Below, piece by piece: positions 45,708-54,612 of a DNA stretch of 64,000 bases. Source of the stretch: Phycisphaerae bacterium. Its GTDB lineage: Bacteria > Planctomycetota > Phycisphaerae > Phycisphaerales > SM1A02. How positions within the stretch are numbered: the first letter of the stretch is position 1; every line of letters begins with the position of its first letter. The DNA lies in contig JABHZL010000121.1 of assembly GCA_018656645.1 (NCBI GenBank), positions 3,182 to 67,181 on the forward strand. The letters are read 5' to 3'. Under the pieces are notes generated by a model, which was not told the DNA's origin, did not search any database, and saw nothing but the letters and a program-made list of their open reading frames with translations. A program made the position numbers and the translations under genes.

Positions 45708-46151
45708 ATGTATTCACGTCACCATTTTCCAAGAAAAGGCATCGCCCTCCTTGAAGTCATGATCGCTGTTGGTCTACTCACCCTTGCCATCAGTTCGATC
45801 ACCCAAGCGATCGTTGCAGCTCAACAGCAAAATCTTGAAGTTCGAGAACGAATTGTTGCAACCATCGCTGCAGAATCACTGCTCTCACAAATCGGTGAAT
45901 CGGAATGGGAAAAACTTGACACATGGCACGGGTTCAGTGAAGAGGTCGGCACGCTCACTGATCCAACCGGTCTAGCCCTCGAAGGCGATTGGAATAAAGT
46001 CGGCAGACAAGTCACAATCACACCTACTGAAATTTTTATAGATGAACTTCAAATCTACATCACTGGAAAGACAATCAATGTCATTGCAGTTACAAAAAAT
46101 GGTCGTGAATTGGCAAATCTTGAACGATTCATCGCGGAGCCCAGTTCATGA
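45708..46151 (+). CDS. Prepilin-type minor (pseudo)pilin, GspI/PilV-like size
   Basis: The ATG at 45708 gives MYSRHHFPRKG/IALLEVMIAVGLLTLAISS, with Glu at +5. Confidence 0.65.
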   Translation: MYSRHHFPRKGIALLEVMIAVGLLTLAISSITQAIVAAQQQNLEVRERIVATIAAESLLSQIGESEWEKLDTWHGFSEEVGTLTDPTGLALEGDWNKVGRQVTITPTEIFIDELQIYITGKTINVIAVTKNGRELANLERFIAEPSS

Positions 46152-46765
46152 ATCGTCGCGGTCTTACACTTTTGGAGATGATCTTAGCGATCGGTATCAC
46201 AGCAACAATTGGCGCGGCCATTGCATCGATGATGGCTGCAGTTTCAAACGGCCTCACTTCCCGTGATGATGGACGGCGAACAGCAGTACAACTAGCGACA
46301 TCGCAAGTTCGACTTTCAGCTTACATTGCGCCTGCTCGCTGTTTATTATCTAAAGATGAAACAGCCTTTGCAATTTGGCTTAATGATGATCGCGAAAGTA
46401 ACACAGTGCACGCCTCTGAAATCCGCTGGCTCTCCTTTGACGCATCAAATAGTCTCTTTACTGTGAAGTTTGTAGATTTTCCAGATAATTGGTCACAATC
46501 TATGATCGATGCTGCAGATACTGAATGCGACGAAATGACAAACTACGATACGTTACTTGCAACGTTTGATACTTCTGGGCTAATCAATGAGTTTAATCTT
46601 ATAGACGGAATGGAAACATGTTCAATCTGGACGGATGATCTAGATCCACAAACCGCAATCAGAATTTGCATACGTTTCTCACTCACAACAAATTTTGGTC
46701 CATCAAGCGACGCGATTGTTGATGAATCAATCCGTCAACATCTTCCACCTCAGGAGCAACAGTAA
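46148..46765 (+). CDS. Prepilin-type minor (pseudo)pilin, GspJ/PilW-like
   Basis: MNRRG/LTLLEMILAIGITATIGAAI has Glu at +5. The start overlaps the upstream stop (ATGA). Confidence 0.65.
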   Translation: MNRRGLTLLEMILAIGITATIGAAIASMMAAVSNGLTSRDDGRRTAVQLATSQVRLSAYIAPARCLLSKDETAFAIWLNDDRESNTVHASEIRWLSFDASNSLFTVKFVDFPDNWSQSMIDAADTECDEMTNYDTLLATFDTSGLINEFNLIDGMETCSIWTDDLDPQTAIRICIRFSLTTNFGPSSDAIVDESIRQHLPPQEQQ

Positions 46766-48318
46766 TGCATGATCGTCGTGGAATAGCTTTGATGCTCGTC
46801 ATGGTTGCCATTCTTGTAACTGGCACAATGGCTGTTGCATATTTCGGAAGCACAGACAATTCAATTGCAATTGGAACGAACATCGAATCTGCAGCGCGTG
46901 CACGTGCTGTTTCGGAATCTGGGCTCGAACTAGCAATCGCAATTCTTGAAACTGACACCGAATGGCAAACTAATCATATCGATGGAGTTCTTCTCTCTGG
47001 TCTACAAGTTGGTGAGGGAGTCATCTCGATTTCCATTATAGATGCCACAACTGATTTGCCTCCAACTGAAGAGACAAGTAAAGTTGAAATCACAATTACT
47101 TCAACAGTAAATCAAATCACACAATCAACACAAGCATCTGCAACAATAATTCCAAACGAAGAAGAGTATGATTTCGATTTCAGTGAATATGCAATTTTTG
47201 CAACATCATCAATTGAAATAGACGACATCGCATCCGTACAAAATTGGACAGTTTCGCCTCTATCCCTACAATCAAATGCTCTTCGGCTCGGAACACTCGC
47301 AACAGGACCTCTTGCTGTCGAAATTGATTCTCCATTTCAAAGAAATTCGTTAGAATTGCACACACCAAACAATGCTTCTTCAATGCTTTCGAGTTCAACT
47401 GTCGACCGCTTCGATTTTAATGGCAATCCAACTTTGCCATCACCCCCTACTGCTCCTGTAGGCGGAACGCCCTTGACTCTATCAAGTTCCCAAGCAGAAA
47501 CAAACACTACTTATTCGGGTTTTTCTAACTGGATTCAAAGCTTCGCATTCGGAAACCGAGGAAGAAATAATTACCACAACACAAACACCGTTGTACAAAG
47601 CGGAACCTATGACATCGAGGCACTACATCTTGGCTCAGATAAAACAATCGAAATCCAAGGCGATGTTACCTTCAATGTGCAACAGGATGTATCACTAAAC
47701 GGAACTAGAATTATTCTCTCTGATACAGCAACCCTAACGATGCATATTGGCGGTGATGTTGACATCTCATCAAGTTACATCGGGAACGAAAACCAATCTC
47801 ACAGATCTTGGATGGACCCTACTCGTGTCCAACTTTACGGTCACGGCAGTAATGACTGGGACATTGACGGAATCACAACTATCAAAGCAGAAATGTATGC
47901 ACCACAATGTGAAGTTTCCTTCGAAGATATTTCAACATTGTGTGGCCGAGTTGCTGCTGACGAAGTCTCAATGCAAGGCGCCTCTCGTTTGTTGTACGAC
48001 GCAACACTTGATAATGGTGGATACGCAGATCACAGCAGTTCCCTCTACGACGACAACGGTGAATTATTTTCTGAAATTGAAAATATAGCATCATTAGATC
48101 CAAACCTTATCGATTCGATCATCGATTCAATTAGTGATAATGAATACGCTGCTGCAACAAATCGGTGGGCTGATTGGAGGGATGAACCAACTGCAAGACC
48201 AAATGACGTCATCTTTATCATGATGATGATTGCCGCTGATACATACCGATGGGAAGAACTAGTTCGACAAGCACACCGAGAACACGGAACGATGCTCGCA
48301 GGCGGAATCAGACAATGA
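46765..48318 (+). CDS. Large GspK/PilX-like minor (pseudo)pilin lacking Glu+5
   Basis: MHDRRG/IALMLVMVAILVTGTMAVAYF has Leu at +5, as in GspK-type subunits. AGGAG lies upstream. At 517 aa it is larger than typical GspK. Confidence 0.55.
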   Translation: MHDRRGIALMLVMVAILVTGTMAVAYFGSTDNSIAIGTNIESAARARAVSESGLELAIAILETDTEWQTNHIDGVLLSGLQVGEGVISISIIDATTDLPPTEETSKVEITITSTVNQITQSTQASATIIPNEEEYDFDFSEYAIFATSSIEIDDIASVQNWTVSPLSLQSNALRLGTLATGPLAVEIDSPFQRNSLELHTPNNASSMLSSSTVDRFDFNGNPTLPSPPTAPVGGTPLTLSSSQAETNTTYSGFSNWIQSFAFGNRGRNNYHNTNTVVQSGTYDIEALHLGSDKTIEIQGDVTFNVQQDVSLNGTRIILSDTATLTMHIGGDVDISSSYIGNENQSHRSWMDPTRVQLYGHGSNDWDIDGITTIKAEMYAPQCEVSFEDISTLCGRVAADEVSMQGASRLLYDATLDNGGYADHSSSLYDDNGELFSEIENIASLDPNLIDSIIDSISDNEYAAATNRWADWRDEPTARPNDVIFIMMMIAADTYRWEELVRQAHREHGTMLAGGIRQ

Positions 48319-48800
48319 AGCGGTCAGGGTTCACACTCGTAGAATTAATGATATCGCTTGCAGTTCTTGCAATTCTTGCAGCACTTGCTGTACCACTTGT
48401 AGGAGACACTGATGCACTTCGTCTAAATGCAGCAGAACGTTTGCTTACTAGCGACCTTGAACACACACAAATACTTGCAATCACACATCCAGAGGATGCG
48501 TATTGTCTTGTGATTCACGATGATGGCTCGGGATGGCACATCGCACACATGGATGATGTAGAAACGCCAGTACTTGAAACGATTTCTGAAGATCCACTCA
48601 CAGTTACAATTGGTGAGGGCAGAGGTAGGCCCGCTAGTGGTGTTTTGCTCAGCACAAACGCCAATGACAACATCATCGCATTCGATCCAAATGGCGGACT
48701 TACCGACTTCACAGCCGAAACTTCAATCACGCTCACTATCGGTGAGAGTGAAGGGATGCTTTCTGTTGCAGCAAGTACAGGAACAATCAGTTACGAGTAA
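48315..48800 (+). CDS. Prepilin-type minor (pseudo)pilin, GspH/FimT-like
   Basis: The ATG at 48315 gives MKRSG/FTLVELMISLAVLAILAALAVPLV, with Glu at +5. The start overlaps the upstream stop (ATGA). Confidence 0.7.
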   Translation: MKRSGFTLVELMISLAVLAILAALAVPLVGDTDALRLNAAERLLTSDLEHTQILAITHPEDAYCLVIHDDGSGWHIAHMDDVETPVLETISEDPLTVTIGEGRGRPASGVLLSTNANDNIIAFDPNGGLTDFTAETSITLTIGESEGMLSVAASTGTISYE

Positions 48801-48802
48801 GT

Positions 48803-50167
48803 TTACTTCACACCATATTCTTTGAGTTTACGGTACAACGTTCGCTCGCCAATCCCAAGTAAATTTGCAGTTTGTTCGCGGTTGCCGCCCGTCATGGCGA
48901 GGGTTTGACGGATCGCTTCTTTTTCAAGTTTATCTAGCCCAACACCAGCAAGACTGCCCAAGTCAGGAGCGTCATCAGACTGACTGCTACGAATTTCGTC
49001 TGGAACATGTGCGAGTTCAATTTTCTTGCCACCAGCCATTACAGCCATCCTTTGCACAACGTTTATCAATTCACGAACATTACCTGGCCAGTCATACCCA
49101 ACCAATCGCAATATGGCAGGTTCTGAAATTTCTGGAATAGAAACATCCATATCCGCTGCATAATTCCCAAGAGCGTGATTCGCCAAAAGTGGAATATCAT
49201 CTCTGCGTTCACGCAGCGGTGGAATTTTTATTTCAGCACCTTTAATTCTGAATAATAAATCTTCTCTGAATTCGCCAGTCTTGCAACGATCTGTGAGATT
49301 TTGGTTTGTGGCAGAAATAAATCGAACGTCAGTTGATCGTGAATTGTTTTGTCCAAGACGAATTACGTCGCCTGTTTCTAAAACACGTAGTAATTTTGCT
49401 TGCATAGTCATTGGCATATCACCAATTTCATCCAAAAAAATTGTGCCATTATTTGCATATTCAAAAATGCCTTCTCGATCTCGGTCAGCGCCTGTGAATG
49501 CTCCGCGAACATGCCCAAAGAGTTGGTCTTCAATAAGTGACTCACTCTGCCCTGCACAATTGAAGGCAACGTATCTTTTCGAAGCTCTTTTTGAATGATT
49601 ATGCAATGCAGAAGCTACAAGTTCCTTACCTGTACCTGACTCTCCCGTGATTATTACCGGCAAGTTGCTTTGGGCAACCTGTCGAATTAAATCAATCACT
49701 TTTGTAATCGAGTTAGATTCACCAATAATGCCTTCAAAACCGTAGGCAGAATCAATTTGTCCTCGAAGACTTTCGTTTTGTTGGCGAAGCATGACCGATT
49801 CAAGAGCACGAGTTGATAGGTTTCGAAAAACATCAAGGTCGAGTGGTTTCTCAATAAAGTCATATGCCCCGCCCTTGAGAGAAGCTTTCGCAGTTGGGAT
49901 ATCACCATGTGCAGTCACAACAATTGTCGCACAGCTATCTTGGTGCTCTTGTGCTAATGCGAGCACTTTCAATCCGGAATCTTCCTCTTCCATCACCATA
50001 TCAGTAATAACCAGATCAAAACTACCGAGAGTCAGCTCAGATCGTGCTGATTCAAGTCCATCGACGACTGTACAGACATGGCCAAGCCTCCTCAGCGCTT
50101 CGGCCATTACCTCTGCGTGATCTGGTTCGTCATCAACAATCAATATTTGAGCGTGGAGGTGAGACAT
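48803..50167 (-). CDS. Sigma-54-dependent response regulator (NtrC family: REC, AAA+, Fis-type HTH)
   Basis: The ATG at 50167 gives MSHLHAQILIVDDEPDHAEV...DLVITDMVM. Also present are Walker A GESGTGKE, GAFTGA, FLDEIGDM and the C-terminal HTH TANLLGIGERTLYRKLKEYG. Confidence 0.88.
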   Translation of the reverse strand: MSHLHAQILIVDDEPDHAEVMAEALRRLGHVCTVVDGLESARSELTLGSFDLVITDMVMEEEDSGLKVLALAQEHQDSCATIVVTAHGDIPTAKASLKGGAYDFIEKPLDLDVFRNLSTRALESVMLRQQNESLRGQIDSAYGFEGIIGESNSITKVIDLIRQVAQSNLPVIITGESGTGKELVASALHNHSKRASKRYVAFNCAGQSESLIEDQLFGHVRGAFTGADRDREGIFEYANNGTIFLDEIGDMPMTMQAKLLRVLETGDVIRLGQNNSRSTDVRFISATNQNLTDRCKTGEFREDLLFRIKGAEIKIPPLRERRDDIPLLANHALGNYAADMDVSIPEISEPAILRLVGYDWPGNVRELINVVQRMAVMAGGKKIELAHVPDEIRSSQSDDAPDLGSLAGVGLDKLEKEAIRQTLAMTGGNREQTANLLGIGERTLYRKLKEYGVK

Positions 50168-50359
50168 GATGTTGTAGATTGTACCTAGTCGAGTGACGCG
50201 GGGCTGAGGGTGCAGCATCGTATCGCGATGTATGCATATACCGAAACCTGGGGTCAATCTATGAACTGTACCGGGTATAACGTCAGATACAACACGGAGT
50301 GCTTGTTGAATTCCTATTCTCAAGAACAAGGACCAAGGACGGCGATACAATCTATAGAG

Positions 50360-51823
50360 ATGAGACCAACACCCACTTTTCCCTTCAATGCAGACGAACT
50401 TTCAGGAAAAAACTTCCATTTCATAGGGATCGGAGGTTGTGGCATGAGTGGACTTGCAAGGCTACTCAGCCAACTTGGCGCTTGCGTCTCTGGTACAGAT
50501 TCCACTCCTAGCCCAATTACCCAAGGTCTCATCGACGATGGAATAAACGTCTGCTATGAGCAAAACGGACAATCAATTGATCATACTTCCTCTGCCGTCG
50601 TCGCCTCAGCAGCAATTGCAGAAGAACATCCAGAAATTCTAGTAGCTGAAGAACTCGGCATCCCCGTTCTTTCATACGCAAAAATGCTTGGGCTTGTACA
50701 ACAATGTAGGACAGCAGTCTGCTTCGCCGGCACACATGGAAAATCAACGACCGTTTCCATGCTGAGTGCAATTCTATTGCATGCGAATATGGATCCAAGT
50801 TTTATTGTAGGTGCAACGTGTAACCAAATTGGTGGATCGAGCAGAGTAGGCTCTGCTCAACTACATACTGGGAGACGTAAAGGTGAACAAGGGATTTTAG
50901 TTTGCGAATCTTGCGAATTCAATCGCTCGTTCCACGACCACCATCCAACGACCGCACTCATTCACAACATTGAAGAAGATCATCTAGATGTGTATGGATC
51001 ACTCGATGCCATCATCGAATCGTTCAAACAGTTTGCAATGCGAATTCCTTGTGAAAATGACGGCGGCTACCTTCTCATTGCGCACGACAATGCACACCGA
51101 CAACTCATCACTCCCAGCCTCACGTGCAAAGTGGAAACTTTTGGATTCCACCCAGAAGCCGATTACCAAATCATTTTCGATCCTGCAGTGAAAAGAGTTG
51201 GAATCCTTCGCGATGGAATGTGGACCATTCAATGGACAAATCCAATGCCTGGATCACACAATGCTCTTAACGCTGCTGCTGCTGCCATTCACGCCGCTAA
51301 TCTAGGCGTCGATTGGACTGACATCATTGCACCGCTTGAAAATTTCGGAGGTGTTGACAGAAGATTGCAAAAACTTGGCACACTGCCATGCAATGGTGGA
51401 TCCGCAATTGTTTACGACGATTACGGTCATCATCCAACCGAAATTGAATTAACACTCAACGCACTTCGAGCAGCAGAACTTCCAAAACGACTCATCTGTG
51501 TATTTCAACCACATCAACACAGCCGCACACGATTCTTACTTGATGCCTTTGCACAAAGTTTTTCAAGTGCAGACGTCATCATCGTGCCACATATTTACTT
51601 TGTCCGCGATTCAATTGCTGAACAACAGCGTGTCTCGGCTCAAGATCTCGTTGATCGATTAACCGCGCAAGGAGCATCTGCAAAACATATCAATGACTTT
51701 GACGATATTGTCGATCATCTTTGCAAAATCGTAAAGGATGGAGATCTAATTGTCATCATGGGTGCTGGACCAGTGACAACAATCGGTCATAAACTCGTTA
51801 AATCATCCTTGCGGGTACCCTAA
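50360..51823 (+). CDS. murC: UDP-N-acetylmuramate--L-alanine ligase
   Basis: The ATG at 50360 is followed by FHFIGIGGCGMSGLARLL. GTHGKSTT and DDYGHHPTEI are also present. Confidence 0.9.
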   Translation: MRPTPTFPFNADELSGKNFHFIGIGGCGMSGLARLLSQLGACVSGTDSTPSPITQGLIDDGINVCYEQNGQSIDHTSSAVVASAAIAEEHPEILVAEELGIPVLSYAKMLGLVQQCRTAVCFAGTHGKSTTVSMLSAILLHANMDPSFIVGATCNQIGGSSRVGSAQLHTGRRKGEQGILVCESCEFNRSFHDHHPTTALIHNIEEDHLDVYGSLDAIIESFKQFAMRIPCENDGGYLLIAHDNAHRQLITPSLTCKVETFGFHPEADYQIIFDPAVKRVGILRDGMWTIQWTNPMPGSHNALNAAAAAIHAANLGVDWTDIIAPLENFGGVDRRLQKLGTLPCNGGSAIVYDDYGHHPTEIELTLNALRAAELPKRLICVFQPHQHSRTRFLLDAFAQSFSSADVIIVPHIYFVRDSIAEQQRVSAQDLVDRLTAQGASAKHINDFDDIVDHLCKIVKDGDLIVIMGAGPVTTIGHKLVKSSLRVP

Positions 51824-51830
51824 GCAGAAC

Positions 51831-52778
51831 ATGCCCGCTCGTTTCCGATCAACATTTTTTGGCGACCTAGACGTAGACGTTACATTTGATGCTCCAATCG
51901 GCAAAATGACACATTTTGTCATAGGTGGTCAAGCAGATGCACTTGTGCGACCTCGATCTGCAGATGCACTTTCTTTGTTACTACGTAGATGCCACGATTC
52001 ACAAGTTCCATTTCGCGTTCTTGGCAATGGTGCAAATTTACTTGTTGACGACATTGGAATCGACGGAATTGTTGTAAAACTAGACCACGACTGTTTTAAA
52101 CAAACAAGGTATCACACAACAGATCAAGGAGAAGCACTCCATGCCATGTCAGGTGCGGACATGGCAACTACACTCATGGAAACGGTACGTCACGGTCTCG
52201 ATGGTTTGACAGCAATGACAGGAATTCCTGCATCAATCGGGGGCGCCGTTCGCATGAACGCAGGAGGTAAATATGGGTGTATTAGCGACACCCTAGACAC
52301 AATTACCTGTTTATCAACAACCGGTGAATTGATCACACATACAAAACAAAATATCCAGTTTGGATATCGAGAAAGTAGAATTGCTGAACCAATCATTCTT
52401 TCTGCAACATTTACATTGCAACATTGTGACCCTATTCCAATTCGAGATAAGGTTAAAGAAATATTTGCGTGGAAAAAATCGTGCCAACCTCTTGCAGATT
52501 CATCTGCTGGCTGTGCATTCAAAAATCCACTGCTTCCTGATGGCACTCGAATGTCAGCAGGAAAACTGATTGACAACGCTGGACTCAAAGGATTAAGTGT
52601 AGGCGGAGCCTCGATCAGCAAACAACATGCAAATTTCATCGTTACTAATGCGAATGCTACTGCGCGAAACGTAATAGACCTCATGCAAACTGTGCGTGAA
52701 CGCGTCAAAGACAAAACCCAAATACATTTACAAAACGAAGTTGTCACCTGGTCACGCGATCCTGAGGTCATCCGATGA
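51831..52778 (+). CDS. murB: UDP-N-acetylenolpyruvoylglucosamine reductase
   Basis: IGGQADALVRP, VLGNGANLLVDD, GAVRMNAGG, AGCAFKNP and GGASISKQHANFIV are present. Confidence 0.9.
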   Translation: MPARFRSTFFGDLDVDVTFDAPIGKMTHFVIGGQADALVRPRSADALSLLLRRCHDSQVPFRVLGNGANLLVDDIGIDGIVVKLDHDCFKQTRYHTTDQGEALHAMSGADMATTLMETVRHGLDGLTAMTGIPASIGGAVRMNAGGKYGCISDTLDTITCLSTTGELITHTKQNIQFGYRESRIAEPIILSATFTLQHCDPIPIRDKVKEIFAWKKSCQPLADSSAGCAFKNPLLPDGTRMSAGKLIDNAGLKGLSVGGASISKQHANFIVTNANATARNVIDLMQTVRERVKDKTQIHLQNEVVTWSRDPEVIR

Positions 52779-53659
52779 AGAAACCAAAGGTTGTTGTGCT
52801 CGTAGGTGGACCAGACGCTGAACGGAATATATCGATTGCCTCAGGAACGGCGATTACAGAAGCACTTAAAACAAACCAATCGTTTTGCACAACCCTAGAA
52901 TTAATCGACACTCCAACAGTTGATGACATACTCGCGTTGAATGCAGATGTTATTTTTCCCGCACTTCATGGTCCTTATGGTGAGGGTGGGCCATTACAAA
53001 CGATCCTTGAATCAGCAAATGTTCCGTTTGTCGGATCAGGAAGCATCGCAGCTGCAAAAGCGATGGACAAAATCGAAAGTAAAAAAATTGCAATAAAACT
53101 AGGCATCCAAACACCTAATTGGAATGAAATAACATCCTCAGTTTGCCCACTGCAACCACCTCTTGTTTTAAAACCAATTGACGATGGCTCAAGTGTTGAT
53201 ATTGCTATTTGTATGAATGCACAAGAGGTTGAAAACGAACTTCCAAAACTTCTTCGACATCGAACAGAACTCCTTGCTGAGTCCTACAAAAAAGGTCGTG
53301 AAATCACGGTTAGTGTTATTCACGGAGAAGCACTTCCTATTATTGAGATCATCCCAAGTAGTGGAAATTATGATTTTGCTGCGAAGTATGAACGTAACGA
53401 CACGAAATACATCCTTGACCCACAACTCCCCGATCAAACGTGCGTTTCATGGGCTGTTGAAATCGCAAAAGAAATGAATATTCGAGACCTTGCAAGAGTT
53501 GATTTCATTCTTGATAACGAGGGGCTTTGGTTCTTAGAAGTCAACACGATGCCCGGTTTTACCGACCACTCGTTATTACCAATGGCTGCATCACATGCTG
53601 GCTTAGATATGACTGACCTTTGTACCAAGCTAATCGTGACCGCAACTCAAGACCATTAA
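52775..53659 (+). CDS. ddl: D-alanine--D-alanine ligase
   Basis: VIFPALHGPYGEGGPLQTILE, LVLKPIDDGSSVDI, ARVDFILD...FLEVNTMPGFT are present. The start overlaps the murB stop (ATGA). Confidence 0.88.
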   Translation: MKKPKVVVLVGGPDAERNISIASGTAITEALKTNQSFCTTLELIDTPTVDDILALNADVIFPALHGPYGEGGPLQTILESANVPFVGSGSIAAAKAMDKIESKKIAIKLGIQTPNWNEITSSVCPLQPPLVLKPIDDGSSVDIAICMNAQEVENELPKLLRHRTELLAESYKKGREITVSVIHGEALPIIEIIPSSGNYDFAAKYERNDTKYILDPQLPDQTCVSWAVEIAKEMNIRDLARVDFILDNEGLWFLEVNTMPGFTDHSLLPMAASHAGLDMTDLCTKLIVTATQDH

Positions 53660-53686
53660 TACGAAAAGCCGATGTTGTAGTACGCC

Positions 53687-54580
53687 ATGGCTCGTCAACA
53701 CCGAAAACGTTTTTCACTCATTCGTAATACTTCCGCTTCTTTTGGAGTGGTGTTTTTGCGCTGGATCCAAGCATTCTTGTTCATATTTAAGTCACCAATT
53801 ACAGTTGCGTGGACGCTGACAATTGCTGGACTCATCACATTGACCGCACTTAGTGTCCCAAATTTGAGAGCGACTCGTATTGCAGCAAAGGATTTGATTG
53901 TCACTTTTGACAATCCACCTATATGGCTTGATCCTTCTTTACTTACAGAATTGCAAGATTTGACAAGATCCCATCTCGCTGCAATTCCTGTTGGAAGGCA
54001 AGGACTCATCAATGCCTCTGAAGCACTCGAAGGGACTGGCTGGTTTGCTTCTGTCGAACAAGTCTCATGGATAGATACATCGCATGCAAATGTTGATGCT
54101 ACTTTTCTCATTCCACACGCACGTGTACGCACTAGGAATATAGAACGATTTGTCAACGCGATGGGCGTTGTGCTGCCAGATCGTGACGGGCGAATTGTTT
54201 CCTCAGGTTATCACTTCGTTACACTCAATGCTCCAGAGCATTCATCACCACAACGACCGGGACTTCGTTGGGATGGTGGAGACATTATTGCTGCGCTCCA
54301 AGTACTGCGATTAATTTACGATAAACCTTGGGCATTACAAGTCAAAACGATTGATCTTTCTAGTTGGTCAAGCAACGGATCCTTAACATTCTTTACCGAC
54401 ACACCCTGCCAATTGGTTTGGGGTTCTGCTCCCGGTCAAGAAGTTGGTTTAGAAGCATTGGCGAGTGAAAAAATAGCACGCCTTGATCATATCTACCGAG
54501 ATCACGGCGCTATTGACCGAGGAAGATCTGTAGGACTTGATATTACACAGCCAGACAGAATTGCAAAAATCGGATTCTGA
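53687..54580 (+). CDS. ftsQ: FtsQ/DivIB-like cell division protein (single TM plus POTRA-like and beta domains)
   Basis: It sits after ddl as in dcw clusters. It has an N-terminal cytoplasmic basic segment and one TM segment (VAWTLTIAGLITLTALSV), followed by an extracytoplasmic region with the FtsQ-like layout. Sequence similarity was judged by eye only. Confidence 0.5.
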   Translation: MARQHRKRFSLIRNTSASFGVVFLRWIQAFLFIFKSPITVAWTLTIAGLITLTALSVPNLRATRIAAKDLIVTFDNPPIWLDPSLLTELQDLTRSHLAAIPVGRQGLINASEALEGTGWFASVEQVSWIDTSHANVDATFLIPHARVRTRNIERFVNAMGVVLPDRDGRIVSSGYHFVTLNAPEHSSPQRPGLRWDGGDIIAALQVLRLIYDKPWALQVKTIDLSSWSSNGSLTFFTDTPCQLVWGSAPGQEVGLEALASEKIARLDHIYRDHGAIDRGRSVGLDITQPDRIAKIGF

Positions 54581-54612
54581 GTCTATTTTTCTAATTCGTG
54601 TATCGTGCATAT

